Shown here: positions 1 to 14,197 of the stretch, piece after piece | How positions within the stretch are numbered: position 1 is the first letter of the stretch | Layout: every line of letters begins with the position of its first letter | Origin: Octopus bimaculoides | Lineage: Eukaryota | Direction of reading: 5' to 3' | DNA length: 64,000 bases | Assembly (NCBI RefSeq): GCF_001194135.2 | Contig: NC_068993.1 | Location: 13,424,300 to 13,488,299, forward strand | Notes under the pieces: model-generated | What the model was told of the DNA's origin: nothing | Database searches by the model: none | Seen by the model: the letters and a program-made list of their open reading frames with translations, nothing else | Made by a program: the position numbers and the translations under genes

Positions 1-663
1 CCATCATCATCATCAAGGCAACCAGAACATATATATTTGGTTCTTACATTACCACTTATCGTTACGATTTCTTAGCTGATGATGATGATCGTGTTGCTGT
101 CGTTGACAACGAATCCGCTGCCACTACTTCGATTGGCGGCGCCAGCAATAGTGATGTTAATAGTGTTAAATTTGCTGTTGGTGGCCACGGTGCTGATGGC
201 GATGATGATAATGACGATGGTAGCACTGATGGTGATGATGATGAGGACAAGAAGCTAGTGGCGTAGGGTTGTACGATAGAATTTAGCGAGAGCCGTATGT
301 TATTGAGGTGTAATTTTGGTATTCTGTATTGGAATATTTCCACAAATCTTTATACAGCGACATGGATGATAATTTATGTCTCCAGTCTACAATTTATTCC
401 AATATTTCCCAAATTCCGTATGAACTGTTCGATTTCTTACTTCGATAGTGGGTTTCATTCGTTTCGACTGACAAACTCTATATGGATGTTGGAAGCATGC
501 CAATGCATTATTTCTGTTGATATTTAGACAAAGAAATGTAGAAGATTCCAGAGAGAAAGGTAAACAATAAAACTAGATGAATTCTGTGTAGACAACGACA
601 CCTGAAAACCGACATGAACGATGGAGGTTTCGATTCCTTGTTGCACTTGCTTCTCATAGTTGG

Positions 664-882
664 ATAATCCTTTCTACTTTAGGCACAAGGCCTGAAATTT
701 AGAGGGAGGGGACTAGTCAATTGCATCGATTCCAGTGTTTCACTGGTACTTAATTTATTGACCCTGAGAGGATGAAAGGCGAAGTCGACTTCGGTGGGGT
801 TTGAACTCAGGATGCAGAGACAGATTAAATACCGCTAAGCATTTCACCCTGCGTGTTAACGTTTCTGCTAGTTCGCCGCCTT
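664..882 (-). mobile_element. tRNA-derived SINE, family B (head gagctggcagaatcgttagc...gttcaaattcc; tail ...ggccttgtgcct), near full length
   Basis: Matches the many other family B copies in the window: the gtcgacttcggtggggtttgaactcag B-box region and the aggcacaaggcctgaaattt tail, in reverse orientation. Confidence 0.85.
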
Positions 883-2794
883 TTCTCATAGATTGATAAT
901 GCGAAATAACAGAAAGGTACAAGTGAGAAAATATCATTTTAACATACGTTTGTGTATGTCTGAGATATATACAACAATTTATATCGATATTCTATTAACG
1001 ACTCCGAATACCCAGGTCGAACAAGAATGAGATATGCAGACGAACGGTTAAGCACACTGCCGGCAGAGTTATCTTCGAAATAATTTGTCAAAGCAAGGGA
1101 CTTTCTATAGCATAGTCCACCTCGCTAAGAGTATTTAAATTAAGTCTATTTATTCTAAATCTGCGTTCGTAAGTACTTTATTTATTCAATAATCCACATT
1201 GCCTACTCAGTATGTTTATTATTTTATTTCATTTATTTTCTTGCTTTTTGTTGTTTTTTTTTACTTCTTAGTCAGGAAAGTGCGTAGGGCCAATAACCCC
1301 TGATAGAGCCTCCGAGTCTTCTTGGAGAAAGGAAAAGTGCGGTGTCCTGCTGCGAATGCTTAATAGAATCCACTCTACTACAGGGGGAGAACTACTAACG
1401 GTATCCAAGAAACTGAGTGACGGATTAAGCTTACTAACCAAGTAGACTATATTGAGACTGAAACTCAGAACGTAATGAGTTGGAGAAAAAAATACTGCAA
1501 GACATCCAAATTTCTTATAGTTCCACTAATCCAACTCTTCGGAGTGTTACTTGTTTCTTAATCGACCTTGAAAAGATGAAAAGTAAAGTTAGCCTCGGCG
1601 TAGCGCAGTAAAACCAGGAAAATGTCTTGAAAGATTCTGCTTAGCGCCCTTAACGACTCTGCTAATACGCTAATTAAATGTTAATTGCCGAGTACTCACC
1701 TTATACTTCTGTCCTTAAAGTAAACCTCAGAAAGAATTAGCGTGATGCACTGTGGGAATTACACATACAGTACAGCAAACATTCTTTCAAACAATTACTT
1801 TTACCCAGTTCTACAAGGATTACATAGAATCGAAGTTACGAATAAAAACACTAATCAACGGTACCACTCAGTGTGATCGAACCCGAGATCTAATGATAAT
1901 AAAAATAATTCCGTATCATTTTGGTCATTATATACTAGTGTGACAAGTGTCTGTTATAGAGACATCTGTTTCTGTAAAACGAACAAGAAAAATACTGATG
2001 ATTGCACTTCAGGTTTCCAGCATCAATTCCATGTCCTTTCTGTGAATCTTTCCAAAAGATGACTCAGTAATCACGTGTAGTCAGTGAAGTGGATGCCTCT
2101 GATCATGCGACTGAAGTTTCTGATTACTGACTTTCGAGGATATATTCCTGGGTTACTCGCTGCCATCTTACCACACTTTCATTTCATATCTACTCTATCA
2201 GCTTCTTGTTGAACATTTTGAAAGTATATCAGACTTAACATGACTCATTCTAACTAGCTTTTCAAATAAATCACCACACATTTATCCTGAATTAAATTGG
2301 CGTTTTATCATTGAAAGCTCTTTCTATACTTCAGTCTTCCTTTCTTTCTCTCTCTGTCTCTCTCTCTCTCTCTCCTTTTCACTCCTACTCTTTTTTTTTT
2401 TCTTTTGTTATCATCTCTCATTATCTATCCCGATTTTGTTTCAGTGTCTCCTTCTCTCTTGCTCTCTCTCTCTCGACTGATTATCTCGATTTGCACAAGA
2501 CAATTCGAAGCTACTACATGTTCATTATATACTTGGTGTAAACTTTAATAACAAAATTAAATTTTTAATTAAAATATAGTATATGTATTGAAAAACTAAA
2601 TTCATCACAAAATGGCATAAATATTCAAAAAACATAACCTAAAGCATCATTTATTTTACGCTCGCTCCAATCAATGGACACATTTTCAAATCTACAAATA
2701 CATAAGTTGTAAAGATTCTCTATTATAAAGAAGTACTACAAGAGATTTCTATTGATGCTTGTTGCATTAGAAGCTGACTGTAAGCGAGAATGTA

Positions 2795-2841
<47 letters not shown>

Positions 2842-3480
2842 TTACATATATATATACATAATATATATACATATACATACATATGTATATATACATATAT
2901 GTACATGTAGAGATATAAATAAATNNNNNNNNNNNNNNNNNNNNNNNNNNNNNNNNNNNNNNNNNNNNNNNNNNNNNNNNNNNNNNNNATATATATATAC
3001 ATACATATAAACACACGTATGTGTATGCATGTATACGAGCACACATCTATTAAGATTACTTTGAAGGAAGATAACATAATTGATCAGAACTTTTGTAGAA
3101 GAATTGAATTTTAAAACACGCACGTATCCCCCGGCTTGCATGCGGCATGCATACACACACACACACACACACACACAAATATACAAACAAAATCTCGTGT
3201 TGATCCCACATAAAAGATATTGTCAAAACTGCACCAGAAATATCCAAGGTTCCTCTTTAGAGCAGAATCATGCTTCGAGCCTCGTGGTTACTCTTCCTAT
3301 TAAGGAAGAAGGTAGAACACCCATACTGAAATGCTGTTCAGACTCTTATATGCGACAGTCTTGTTACAGGCTGTTCAAGCCATTACCTCCCAACATTTTA
3401 TTCGACCACGTCATCTAAATTGAAGGAACATCAGACTCATTTGGTAAAATGATGGTTAGTATTTGTAACAGTCTGAAGGC

Positions 3481-3685
3481 GACCACCTGGCAGAATCGTT
3501 ACGTTTCGTCCGTCGTTACATTCTGAGCTCAAATGCCGCCGGTGTCGACTTCACTTTTCATCCTTTTGTTGGGCTCGATAAAATATGTACCAGTCGATCA
3601 CTGGGGATCAATGTAATCGACATAACCCCCCCACTCCACCCACCCCTAAATTGCTGGCTTTGTGCCCAGATTTTAAACTAATATT
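3481..3685 (+). mobile_element. SINE family B copy
   Basis: Contains ctggcagaatcgtt...tctgagctcaaat...gtcgactt...ctggggatcaatgtaatcgac...cttgtgcc. Confidence 0.8.
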
Positions 3686-4590
3686 TCTAAGAGGTTGATC
3701 GAACACGCATAGAATTTTACACTTTTTTGTCCCCATATTCTGGCTGTACATCCCACAAGTGTGAAAAAGGCGGAGAGACATCATGAAACTGTCACTCCTC
3801 CTACGACAAACTTGTTAGCAAGGCTTCGGGTTTCTAAACATGTACTTAATCGCATGTATTTATTTTAATAGAATTACGCACTGTTGAGTCGTCACGTTCA
3901 TTGAAACAATGCTTGAAACACACCCATTTAAATCTGCAGCATAGATTATGTAAATGATTTATTTATATATACATATCCATACAAGCATGTAAACACACAC
4001 ACACACACACACACAAACAAACACACATATGTAATGCAAATATACATACAGGCTACGTATATATAAACATATATTTAAATACACGTACAAACATATGCAT
4101 GTGTATATGTATATTTATACACACACATTTATGAAGCTAGATAGATAGACTATATCTATTCACTATTATGTCTATATATACAGTAAAGCGTAACGTAAGC
4201 ACATTATGGCTAGAACAAAGGAACTGTTAAACAATGGACGTCATCGAGTTTAACTGAAGCCTATGTTTAAACTAGATTTATCGGTAGTCTGAGCTTCCTA
4301 GTGTGCTCTTGGTGTGAATGGTTGTCATTCTTATTAAATAGCTATATGAAAACATAGCTCGGCATGATTTTCACAACAGAACAATGGATGTAGCAAACAA
4401 ACCACAACGCCGACTAGGCAGAATAAACTAGCATATAAACTTTGACAATCGTCGAACAAATATTTCGATGACGACGACGACGAGAACAATAACAGCAACG
4501 ACAACGATGACGATTATGATGATAATGATGGCTTCTACAGTGGAGATTGCGAATACCTAGAATCAAAATATTTCTAGTCAAGATCGGCGC

Positions 4591-4631
<41 letters not shown>

Positions 4632-4953
4632 GTAGGGGTTTCAATAGGACTTGTTTCCGTAACCCTATGTGACCACCTTCGTTGTTCAAGACGACACATT
4701 ATTTGCAGGAAATTCCGGCTGTAGTTTTTAGCATATAGAAGTTCATTCACTTACTCTTGATAATATCCAATTCTAAATATGAGTCACCATATTCTTGGTG
4801 TTGGGATTGCAATCCTCCACGTTGTTATTATTTTTGATATCCTCCCTCTCCGTTCCTCATATATATATATAGATATCAGATATCACACTACAGATGACTG
4901 TTACGATTTTAGAGTGACTTCTAATTTATCAGTTCGATGTTAATAGAAATAAA

Positions 4954-6010
4954 CAGAATCGTTAGAGCATCAGAAAACTGAGTTCTCGCGTCTGATCGGA
5001 ACCTGTACATTCTGAGTTCAAACCCAGCCGGTCAACTTTGTTTATCATCCTTTCGATTTCGATAAAATAAAGTACTAGCTAAGTACTAGGATCACTATCA
5101 TTGGCTTATCTTTTCCTCTTAAAATTGCTGGCATTGTGCCAACATTTGAAAAAAAATTAAGAAAATGGCAATCTGTCAGTGTCTGAGTTCAAACCCGTCG
5201 AGATCAACTTTGCTTTCACCGTTTTAGAGTCGATAACATTAATTACTCAATAAATTGCTGATATTGTGCCAAGAACTTGAAAAATGATTATTAGTGTTAT
5301 TATTATCATTATCAATAATAATAATAATAATGATAATAATAATAATAATAATAATGATAAGGTGAGCTGGCAGAAACGTTACCACGACGGGTGAAATGCT
5401 TAGCAGTATTTCGTCAATCGTTACATTCTGTGTTCAAATTCCGCTGAGGTGGACTTTGCCTTTCATCCTTTCGGGGTTGATTAAATAAGTACCAGTTGTA
5501 CTCTGGGGTCGATGTAATCGACTCATCCCCTCCATCAAAATTGCTGCCCTTGTGGCAAAATCTCAAACCATTATTGTCGTTATCATTAAGGCAGCGACAT
5601 GGCAGAATCGTTAGTTCGCCGGACAAAATACCTAGTGACCTTTCGTCCGTCTTTACCTTTTGAGTTCAAATTCTGTCGAGATGGTCTTTACCTTTCACCC
5701 ACCCGGGGTCGATAAAACAAGTACCAATTGTACACTGGATTCCTTATTATCGATTTACCCCCACCTCCGAAACTAACTGGCCCTGTGCCAAAATTTGATA
5801 TCATTATTATTACTAAGTCGGTGAGCTGGCAGAATCGTTAGCGCGCCGGCCAAATGCTTAGCAGCCTTTTGTCCGTCGCCACGTTCTGAGTTCAAATTCC
5901 ACCGAGGTCCACTTTAGGTTTCATCCTTTCGGTGTCAATAAATTAAGTACCAGTTGAGTATTTGGGTCGATGTGTTCCCTCAAAATTTCACAACTTGTGT
6001 CTATAGTATA
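4954..6010 (+). mobile_element. Tandem train of five same-orientation SINE family B copies separated by (AAT)n/(TAT)n tails
   Basis: The tctgagttcaaa...gtcgat...ttgtgcc modules start near 4954, 5166, 5359, 5588 and 5815. Confidence 0.85.
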
Positions 6011-7595
6011 TGGGGTTTATCATCATTATTGTTATTAATAAATGTTTTATATTTAACCTCATAATTCTCCTGTATTCAGTGACGCGGCACGTATCCTATG
6101 ATGTCTTACCTAGTTTTCTAATTCATGGATTTATGATTAGGTATTTTATATTTATGTTAATGCTTTATAGCATATTCATATTTAGATTCGTGCCTACTCA
6201 TCTAAGCAATATTTGTGAAGCATATTAAAACTGAAACACATATTACACACAGGTATATACAAACACACACTTGCAAATACTACCAAATGCGTATCTCCTT
6301 CATTCTCTATGTACGTATGTTATATCTTCCTGTCAGATAATGCAATCTAAAGGGAGATAATCATTGTGTGTTGTAACCGAAGGTATATGTTTTTTTTTAT
6401 CATTAATCCAGTTGTTGAACTACTTTCAGAGAGAAATTAGAAAGTGTGCGGTTTGGGCGGAGTAGCATTAAACAATTTATTTTACACATGTACGCCCACG
6501 CAAACATATATGGATATGGATGCAAAATGTAAATGCATGCACACAAAGACACACACGCACACATACACACTCACTCTCATGCGTACAATATTCTTTTGAG
6601 ATTTAAAACTCCCCAAACACGTATATGTACACATACATAAATTCATCCATTTTTCATAGACGATCATATTGAATGGCTGTATGAAAGCTAATGAAGCGGG
6701 AATTATCTAATTTCTAAAGATATTTACACAATTTCACGTAAAAACACAGAAATAATCACGCAAAAACACACAGTCGCACAGATACAAACACATGCAGGTA
6801 ATTTACCGCACAGAAGCAGATTCATATGGTACCTCGTAAAGTAAAACAAACACATTTTCCTTTTGTGACTCAGTATGTGAGATATGGCATACACTCCATA
6901 CATACATACACACACACATACATTTGGGCATGTGTATGTTCGTGTACATATGTGAGACGTGTGTATTTCTTACTGCAAATTTTTAACCTATTAACAAGCT
7001 TGTGGCCGTATATGTATGCGCAAGTTTATGTTTACACTTGCGTGTGTATCTTATAATATATATTTAGAAATGCACTGAGGCCCTATAGTTAACGAAATAA
7101 CGAATGAATGAATGTGGTGGGTTGGCGTCTCTGTGAGAAGTTGTCTAATGACCTCAATTGCAGAGGTAACATTTATTAATTTTTTTTTTTCATTTTTTTA
7201 TATCATACCAAAACTTTCATTCTAAATCGATTACTTTGTTATTGACTGAATTACAACTAGATAAAATAAATAAATAAATAAATATTAAAATTAATAACTA
7301 TTATATTTTCAAATTTTTGGCACAAAGCTAGAAGTTTTGAGGGGAGGGGAAATTCGATTACATTGACCTCAGTGCTCAACTGGTATTTATTTTATCGACC
7401 TTCATAGGCATTTTGTTATATTGTTTAATGTATAGCGCTTTCTTCTTATTCCTTTTAGAGAAATAATCTCGGTTTACATTTTATGGCACATTTTACATAA
7501 CTCGAGATTTTAGGGTGTGATTTCGTGAGGTTTCGCAGTTAACACGAGCAGGTTAAGCTGTCATACAAAACTACATGTTATTTATTTATTGTTCC

Positions 7596-7935
7596 TTATG
7601 TTCTAGTCATTTGACTACGGTCATGCTGGAGCGCCGCGTTACAGCGTTGTAGTCGAACAAATCGACCCCAGGATTTATTCTTTGTAAGCCTAGTATTTAT
7701 CGTTCTATCTTGCTGAACCGCTAATTTACGGGGACGTAAACACACCAACAATGGTTGTCAAGTGATGGTGGTGGGACAAACGCTGGGATTTTTCAGTTTC
7801 CGTCTACCAAATCCACGCAGAAGCTTTGGTCGGCCGGAGGCTCTGGTAAAAGACACTTACCCAAAGTGCCATGCAGTGGGACTGAACCCAGAACCATATA
7901 CTTGGGAAGCAAACTTCTTACCACAGCCAATGCCT
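7596..7935 (-). mobile_element. tRNA-derived SINE, family A (head aggcgcaggagtggctgtgtggtaag...ggttcagtccc; CORE-like ccttgggcaagtgtc; tail cagcatggccgcagtcaaatgact)
   Basis: Reverse-complement match to the copies at 22870 and 43655. Confidence 0.85.
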
Positions 7936-8306
7936 TTATTTATGTTGTTATAATTGTTATTAGCACCAGGCCATAGCCAACAGAAGGTCTACGACCAAAT
8001 TCATTACATACTATTTTGTATCCATATATAATTAATCTTGGACTTCATTAACCTTCCTATTTTGAATACGACACTGCGTGCTTTGAGCAAAGTTCTGCCA
8101 TTTCTTTCTATGGCCCATCAAACGAACAAATTGTTGTTCCTTAAGCTGATCACATGATTTATATTGATAGATATGAGCATATAGGTATTATTTCTAGCAA
8201 GCTACTGAACCTCTACAAGCAGGCTTTTTTAATTAAATGTATTACCAATATATGTAAGTAGATTTCATGTCTAATGCTGATTTCCTTTTTTGTTTTCTTA
8301 TTACAG

Positions 8307-8477
8307 TTCCCAGTGTGCCTGTACCATGTCCGTTTCAAGGTAGTTACTTCTTCCGCTACATGAACGGAAGTGTGAACTGCAGCAAACCGTTTTCGCAGAT
8401 GCGAGAATGTGCAGATAACTCGCGATTTAAATTCCATTTTAGAAAATGTAATGGAAATCCGGAAACAACAGAAAAAG
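8307..8477 (+). CDS. Internal coding exon A (171 nt, phase 1->1) of a Cys-rich DUF7042/DUF7043-like repeat protein: (V)PSVPVPCPFQGSYFFRYMNGSVNCSKPFSQMRECADNSRFKFHFRKCNGNPETTEK
   Basis: Acceptor is ttttttgttttcttattacag and donor is AAG|gtaaca. The frame is open, it carries a CPFxGxY/F..C..P.S....C....R......C pattern, and it splices in frame to 13413. The family assignment is from memory, not a search. Confidence 0.9.
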
Positions 8478-8744
8478 GTAACAACCTGTTATTTGCACAG
8501 AAAAGCAAACGTTCATACATACATCCACTAACACAAAGACACATACACATCACATGCATTCTCTTTATGTAATTCATTTCTTGTTTCTCACTCTACACCC
8601 TCTCCCGACTATATACATGTGTGTGTGAGTGTGTCTGCTGCAATGGATTCAGGCATCGCCAATTTTCGTGTTTTTGCAGACGATACATACATTCTCCCCT
8701 ATCTATCTATACACACACACACACACACACACACNNNNNNNNNN

Positions 8745-8801
<57 letters not shown>

Positions 8802-9493
8802 TATATATACACACATATATATATGCACACACATACATGTACACGAACACACACTAACACGTGTACACATACACACCAGTACACAACCACACATGTATAA
8901 AATTTGTTTTTGTCTATGTCTGTGTGCATGTGCATATATGCTCCATCAGAATTGCAAACAATCGTTATATGGGATAAAATTTAATCAGAAAAAAGAAAAT
9001 ACACAAAAGCATTAGAAGCCATTGCCTATTCGCTGTGGAACTGAAGAAACCAGCCAGACTATTATCTTTTTCTCTTCTTACTGCTGAACGTGTAAATGTG
9101 AATAAATTTGTAGAAAACCTTTCTATGCGCCATTATTTGGAAACATTCGAAATTTTCAACGGTACCCAAATTAATTAGAAGAGAATCTTTCATACATTTT
9201 CTGGCACTATTATTTTCCTTTTCTACCTCCCGTTTTCCAAGAAGAGGTATACCATTAAGTCAGCAATCACATATACCCTTGTACAAGTCATTAAATCGAC
9301 GAGTTCTATGGCATCATTCGTGCCAACATCGGTATAAAAATTCAGCAGATCTCTTCCTAAGCACATTCAAATGAAAGTTAGCTCACACGTGTGCATGTGT
9401 CTATACATCACTCCCTTACTCTGTGTGTGTGTGTGCATATCTATATCTATATATATATATATATATATATATGCATGTATGCGTGTGTATGGG

Positions 9494-9532
<39 letters not shown>

Positions 9533-10272
9533 GTATGCGTGTGCATATATATAAATCTGTGTTCGTATGGAGGTAGGTTCTATGTATGTAAGAGTATTGG
9601 TATATATATATCGACGAATGCGTCACGTATGTACATGTGTGTGTGTGTGTATATGCACACAACCACACACATATATATATATACACATATATACACACAC
9701 ACATATACACACATACATATATATATACACACATATATATATATACATATACACACACACGCACATACACACACACACACACATATACATACACACACTC
9801 ACACATACACACACGAAGATTTGTCTTCGTGCATACACCTCCACATTACTCAGCTATACGTTACGGACACATCGATCTACGCAATTTACTCATCGAAGAG
9901 AGACACTAACGTTCTTTTCTTAAATATAAAGTTATTGTAAAAATATAAATAAATAAATAAATAAATACAAACAGCAAAAATTATATGAAAACCAAACTAG
10001 TCGTTTTGGTTTAGTCTTCATGCTATAAATTATTTACATTACTATTCTCAGAATATAGACAATTATTTAATGCTGTTTATTTTTTCAATAAAACCAATTT
10101 TACTTTAGGAATATATACGCTGAGAATTATTTTTAATGAGGAAATATTTTCGTTCGCTCAGAAAACAGCTAATTCGCTACCCAGAAAAAAAAAAAGATGC
10201 TAAACAGTATAAAAATAAATAAAAGAACTATGCACATGTACGCATTTATACAAACAATATATATATATATAG

Positions 10273-10475
10273 TTTTACTTGTGTAAGTCATTTGACTGCG
10301 GCCATGCTGGAGCACCGCGTTTAGTTAAGCAAATTGACCCCAGGACTTATTCTTTGGATGCCTAGTACTTATTCTATCGGTCTCTTTTTGCCGAACCGCT
10401 AAGTTACGGGGACGTAAACGCACCAGCATCGGTTGTCAAGCGATGTTGGGGGGACAAACACAGACACACAAACAT
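10273..10475 (-). mobile_element. SINE family A, 3' half only
   Basis: Contains gtcatttgactgcggccatgctggagcaccgc...gcgatgttggggggacaaac. Confidence 0.85.
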
Positions 10476-11974
10476 ATATATATATATTCCTTTCGTCATT
10501 ATTAAAACTTCCTCGTTCAGGTTAAAATGGTCATATATTTTTTAGAACTAACTTGAGGTTTCCTAGGCTAGTCATAGAAGCCTAGCGGTAAGTACTGCGG
10601 TCGATTTGTCTTACTTAACCGTTCTAGGCGGTGCCCCAGCATGGCTACAGTCCACTATTTACAGCGAGTAAAAGATAAAAGAGATCTTATTGTTCTTAGC
10701 GTCTATATTTATAAGATGAAGACAAAAGCATAAGATATTATAATATCAGTACCAATTTTAAACATCTCAAGAGGAATTATCTGTAATCTGTAACTATTAA
10801 AATACTTCACAGATATATTTGAAGTTGGACAGGATGTTTTATTTCAATTAGCTACGTTGCTGTTATGGAGCTCATACTCGATATTAGAGAATTATATGAG
10901 AATTAATTAAAATATACAACATATGTTAAAGACACCACTTCTGTCATTATTCAATTATGTAAAAATAAATATGATATTGAGGCGATTGTGGCGTTTCTTA
11001 AGCATGAAATAGAATAGCAACAGACAGATATTGAAAAATATATCTTCTAATTCGAGCGATTAATGTGATTACTTTATTCACGTCACAGTTTTTCCCAGCC
11101 ATAACAAATGATTTGTTTGAGTCTGTTCACTTTTAAATGTAGAGGAAACAGATCAATGAACCACAGTGTATTGCTGGTACTATTCTTCATGATCAGCGGG
11201 AAAAAAGCAGGCCACTGAAACACGAACTTAGATCAGAAAGTTAAGAAAAAACTGTTTTGTCCAGCCGTTAGTGTAACCCTATTAGTCATCGCTTCAGTCC
11301 TACTTTGTACTGTATGGGACATTGAAAACCACTCTTTGTATGCATCGATCTTACGCACCTAATACAACACAACCACACGTACACACATTCAGACACACGG
11401 CGAGGACAAAGATACCTCTTATACAATGCAATCATTGAAATAATACACTTGGTATTCGTATGACATGTACACATCATGCAAACATACAAAATCAAGCATA
11501 AGTTACATGCACATGCCATTATCATACGTTAATGCATCTTTTCTACGATAATGATAGTTTCCGGAGAGGTGGCTAAAAAATTAATCATGCGTGAACACGT
11601 GGCGAATTCATTACATTGCCAGAACTCGACGCCTTCATTTTCTAGCAAAGCATTGAAATGAAGGCTTCCAAAGAAGTTATATTCAACGTATATATCAACA
11701 ATGTTTCGTTTAACATTTCCTTGTGTCGGTAGTTGTTAGTGGCTATACGCATCATATAGGATGCATCGAAACTGCTCAATATTTCTTCTGGATCCAAACT
11801 TAGGCGGCTGGAAGCAATTTACATTTCTTATTCGCAATATTTTCCTCACATTTCGGTACCAAAACTAATATTCTCATTTCATGTAAAAACCAGAAAAATT
11901 AGATGATCACAAACTTCATATTTCAAAGCCTAATAATAATGAAAATTTGTTCTACTACATACACCAAGCATGAA

Positions 11975-12165
11975 CATTTCTCAAGGGATTGGGGAGGGGG
12001 CTAGTCGATTTCACCGAGGTTTGTGTCCTGTTGCTATTTATATTATCGACTCCGAAATGAAAGGGAGTGTAGACCTCGGTGGAATTTGAACTCAGAACGT
12101 AAAGACAGACGAAATGCCGCTACTCGTTTTGTTCGCGTTCCTAACGATTCAGCTAGCTAGCCGAC
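11975..12165 (-). mobile_element. SINE family B copy
   Basis: Contains gacctcggtggaatttgaactcagaacgtaaagacagacgaaatgccgcta. Confidence 0.8.
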
Positions 12166-12216
<51 letters not shown>

Positions 12217-12902
12217 TTTTTTATAATAAATGCAAAAGGACTGAAATTTTGCGGGACTGGGGTTATTCTATAACAAAAGTAGATAATAAATATGTCTATT
12301 TATTATTCACGCGCACACACACACACGTAAATATATAGGCAGCGGTGCCCATCAATACACGTGTGTGTGTGCGTGTATGTGTTTATAATTTAATGAATTT
12401 CAAAAGGACAGGTTCTACGTATTCACGTTATTTGTCTTACGCTTGTTTTCGCTATAAAAAGCATTGAATTCAAATCTATTGTAGTTTCCACGGTGCCATC
12501 TAAGTATGAGGTACACGTAATTAGACATCGATAGCCTTAAAAGACATCTCACTTTCTATTAGTGACATGCCGAACGAAATAATAGCCAAGGGGATAGTAC
12601 ACGTGGTGTTAGTAACCAACAGGATAGCAGGAATTGTCCAAAGCCTCCGGTATTTAAATGCTACAAGCAAGGTCGCATCCTGTAATGTGCTCATAGATAG
12701 AATTCAGCCGAAAAAGAATTCAGAAATTGGTTGAAGGACAACAACATTCACGACAATTATCGTGTTACTTACAACCACAAAGATAAGGTGAATAAATCGT
12801 TTGATCAGTTACTCTGAAAAAGTGAAACAACAGATGATCTGTTACAAATATGCATGTCATTGAAGTTAGACATCGTACTACACGGGGAGAGCAAATATAG
12901 CA

Positions 12903-12968
<66 letters not shown>

Positions 12969-13189
12969 TACCGTTTACTCAACCACTGAAGTAAGATAAA
13001 TATGTCTTCTCTTCTCTGCTTATCTTGCTATCTATCTCACGCGAATATATGCAAGTATTGTACTGAAACAAATATAAAAATTCACATATATGACAAGCAT
13101 AATTAACTATATCCGTATATGCTTACACGCACGCAGGCACACATATATACGAATGAATATCTATGTGTGTATAGATATATGTGCGTGTC

Positions 13190-13251
<62 letters not shown>

Positions 13252-13412
13252 CCTACATGTGTGTGCGTACATTATACACACACACATAGTTGTTGTTTCG
13301 TTATTTAGTTCATGCGATGTACCTTGTTGCTGTGCTTGAAGGTCATTAATGTATGTTATTTTACGATGTGCTTTAGATTTTCATACATTTTTCAATCATT
13401 GTCTTCTTTCAG

Positions 13413-13519
13413 TGCTTGACTTCCAGTGCTTAGCAACCTGGAACAATGGAGATAAAATGTTATATGGAAAGTTTACCGGAGATTCATTGAGTGCTGATCA
13501 AAACATGTATCGTTGTATG
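13413..13519 (+). CDS. Internal coding exon B (107 nt, phase 1->0): (V)LDFQCLATWNNGDKMLYGKFTGDSLSADQNMYRCM
   Basis: Acceptor is ttgtcttctttcag and donor is ATG|gtaagt. The CLATW..G....G and YRC motifs are typical of this family. Phases match both neighbouring exons. Confidence 0.92.
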
Positions 13520-14162
13520 GTAAGTAAGAATAGATACACCTCTTCACATGACATCTCATTCTTTCTTTGTCATTCGACTCTGTCTTTCTGTTTCTCTTTT
13601 CTCTTGCCATTTATCATCTTTTGCTCTCTGCATCTTGCTCACTCTCATTCTGCTTCTATATTTCCCTCTCTTTGTCAGTTATTGATCGTTTATATATGCC
13701 TTCGTGAAAAATAGATATATAATCAGAGGGAGAGAGAGAGAGGGGTGGAAAGAAAGAGATCGAGATGCAGAATTATACATGTAACCATGTCATATCAAAT
13801 CATAGAAATGATAAAGCTCACATATACTCTCTCTCTCTCTCTCATACACACGCCGTGCTTATATACTTAGTTTCGTCCATTTTGTTGAATGTTGCCTGAT
13901 TGTGCATGTGTTTTCACGTGTCTACATACGTTAGTGAATATGTGTGAATTTTATGTGAGTGTGCGTGTGTGCATGTGTGCGTGGAAATACATAAAAACAC
14001 ATGCATAGAAATATATGCTTATATGTGAATAGATGCATACATACATTTGGGTTTGAATGCATATATATATATGTTTGTGTGTGTGTATATATACACATAT
14101 TATTTCTGTATATATATGTATAATTATATATATATGTGTGTGTGTGTGTGTATATACATACA

Positions 14163-14197
<35 letters not shown>

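Noticed and set aside
358-417. 60-nt segment with AG/GT ends (DMDDNLCLQSTIYSNISQIP or ATWMIIYVSS...) as a possible upstream exon
   Set aside because: It has no family motif and only modest splice sites. The true upstream exon is probably outside the window.
2013-2070. FPASIPCPF after an acceptor-like site, resembling exon A's VPVPCPF
   Set aside because: A stop codon follows within ten codons, there is no donor, and the similarity does not extend.
4593-4630. 38-nt poly(T), a possible minus-strand retrocopy poly(A) tail
   Set aside because: I found no TSD partner, no nearby AATAAA and no ORF upstream on the minus strand, so it is treated as a homopolymer.
12311-12373. Hairpin cgcacacacacacgt...acgtgtgtgtgtgcg
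   Set aside because: It is complementarity between adjacent (CA)n and (TG)n tracts, which is common in this window.
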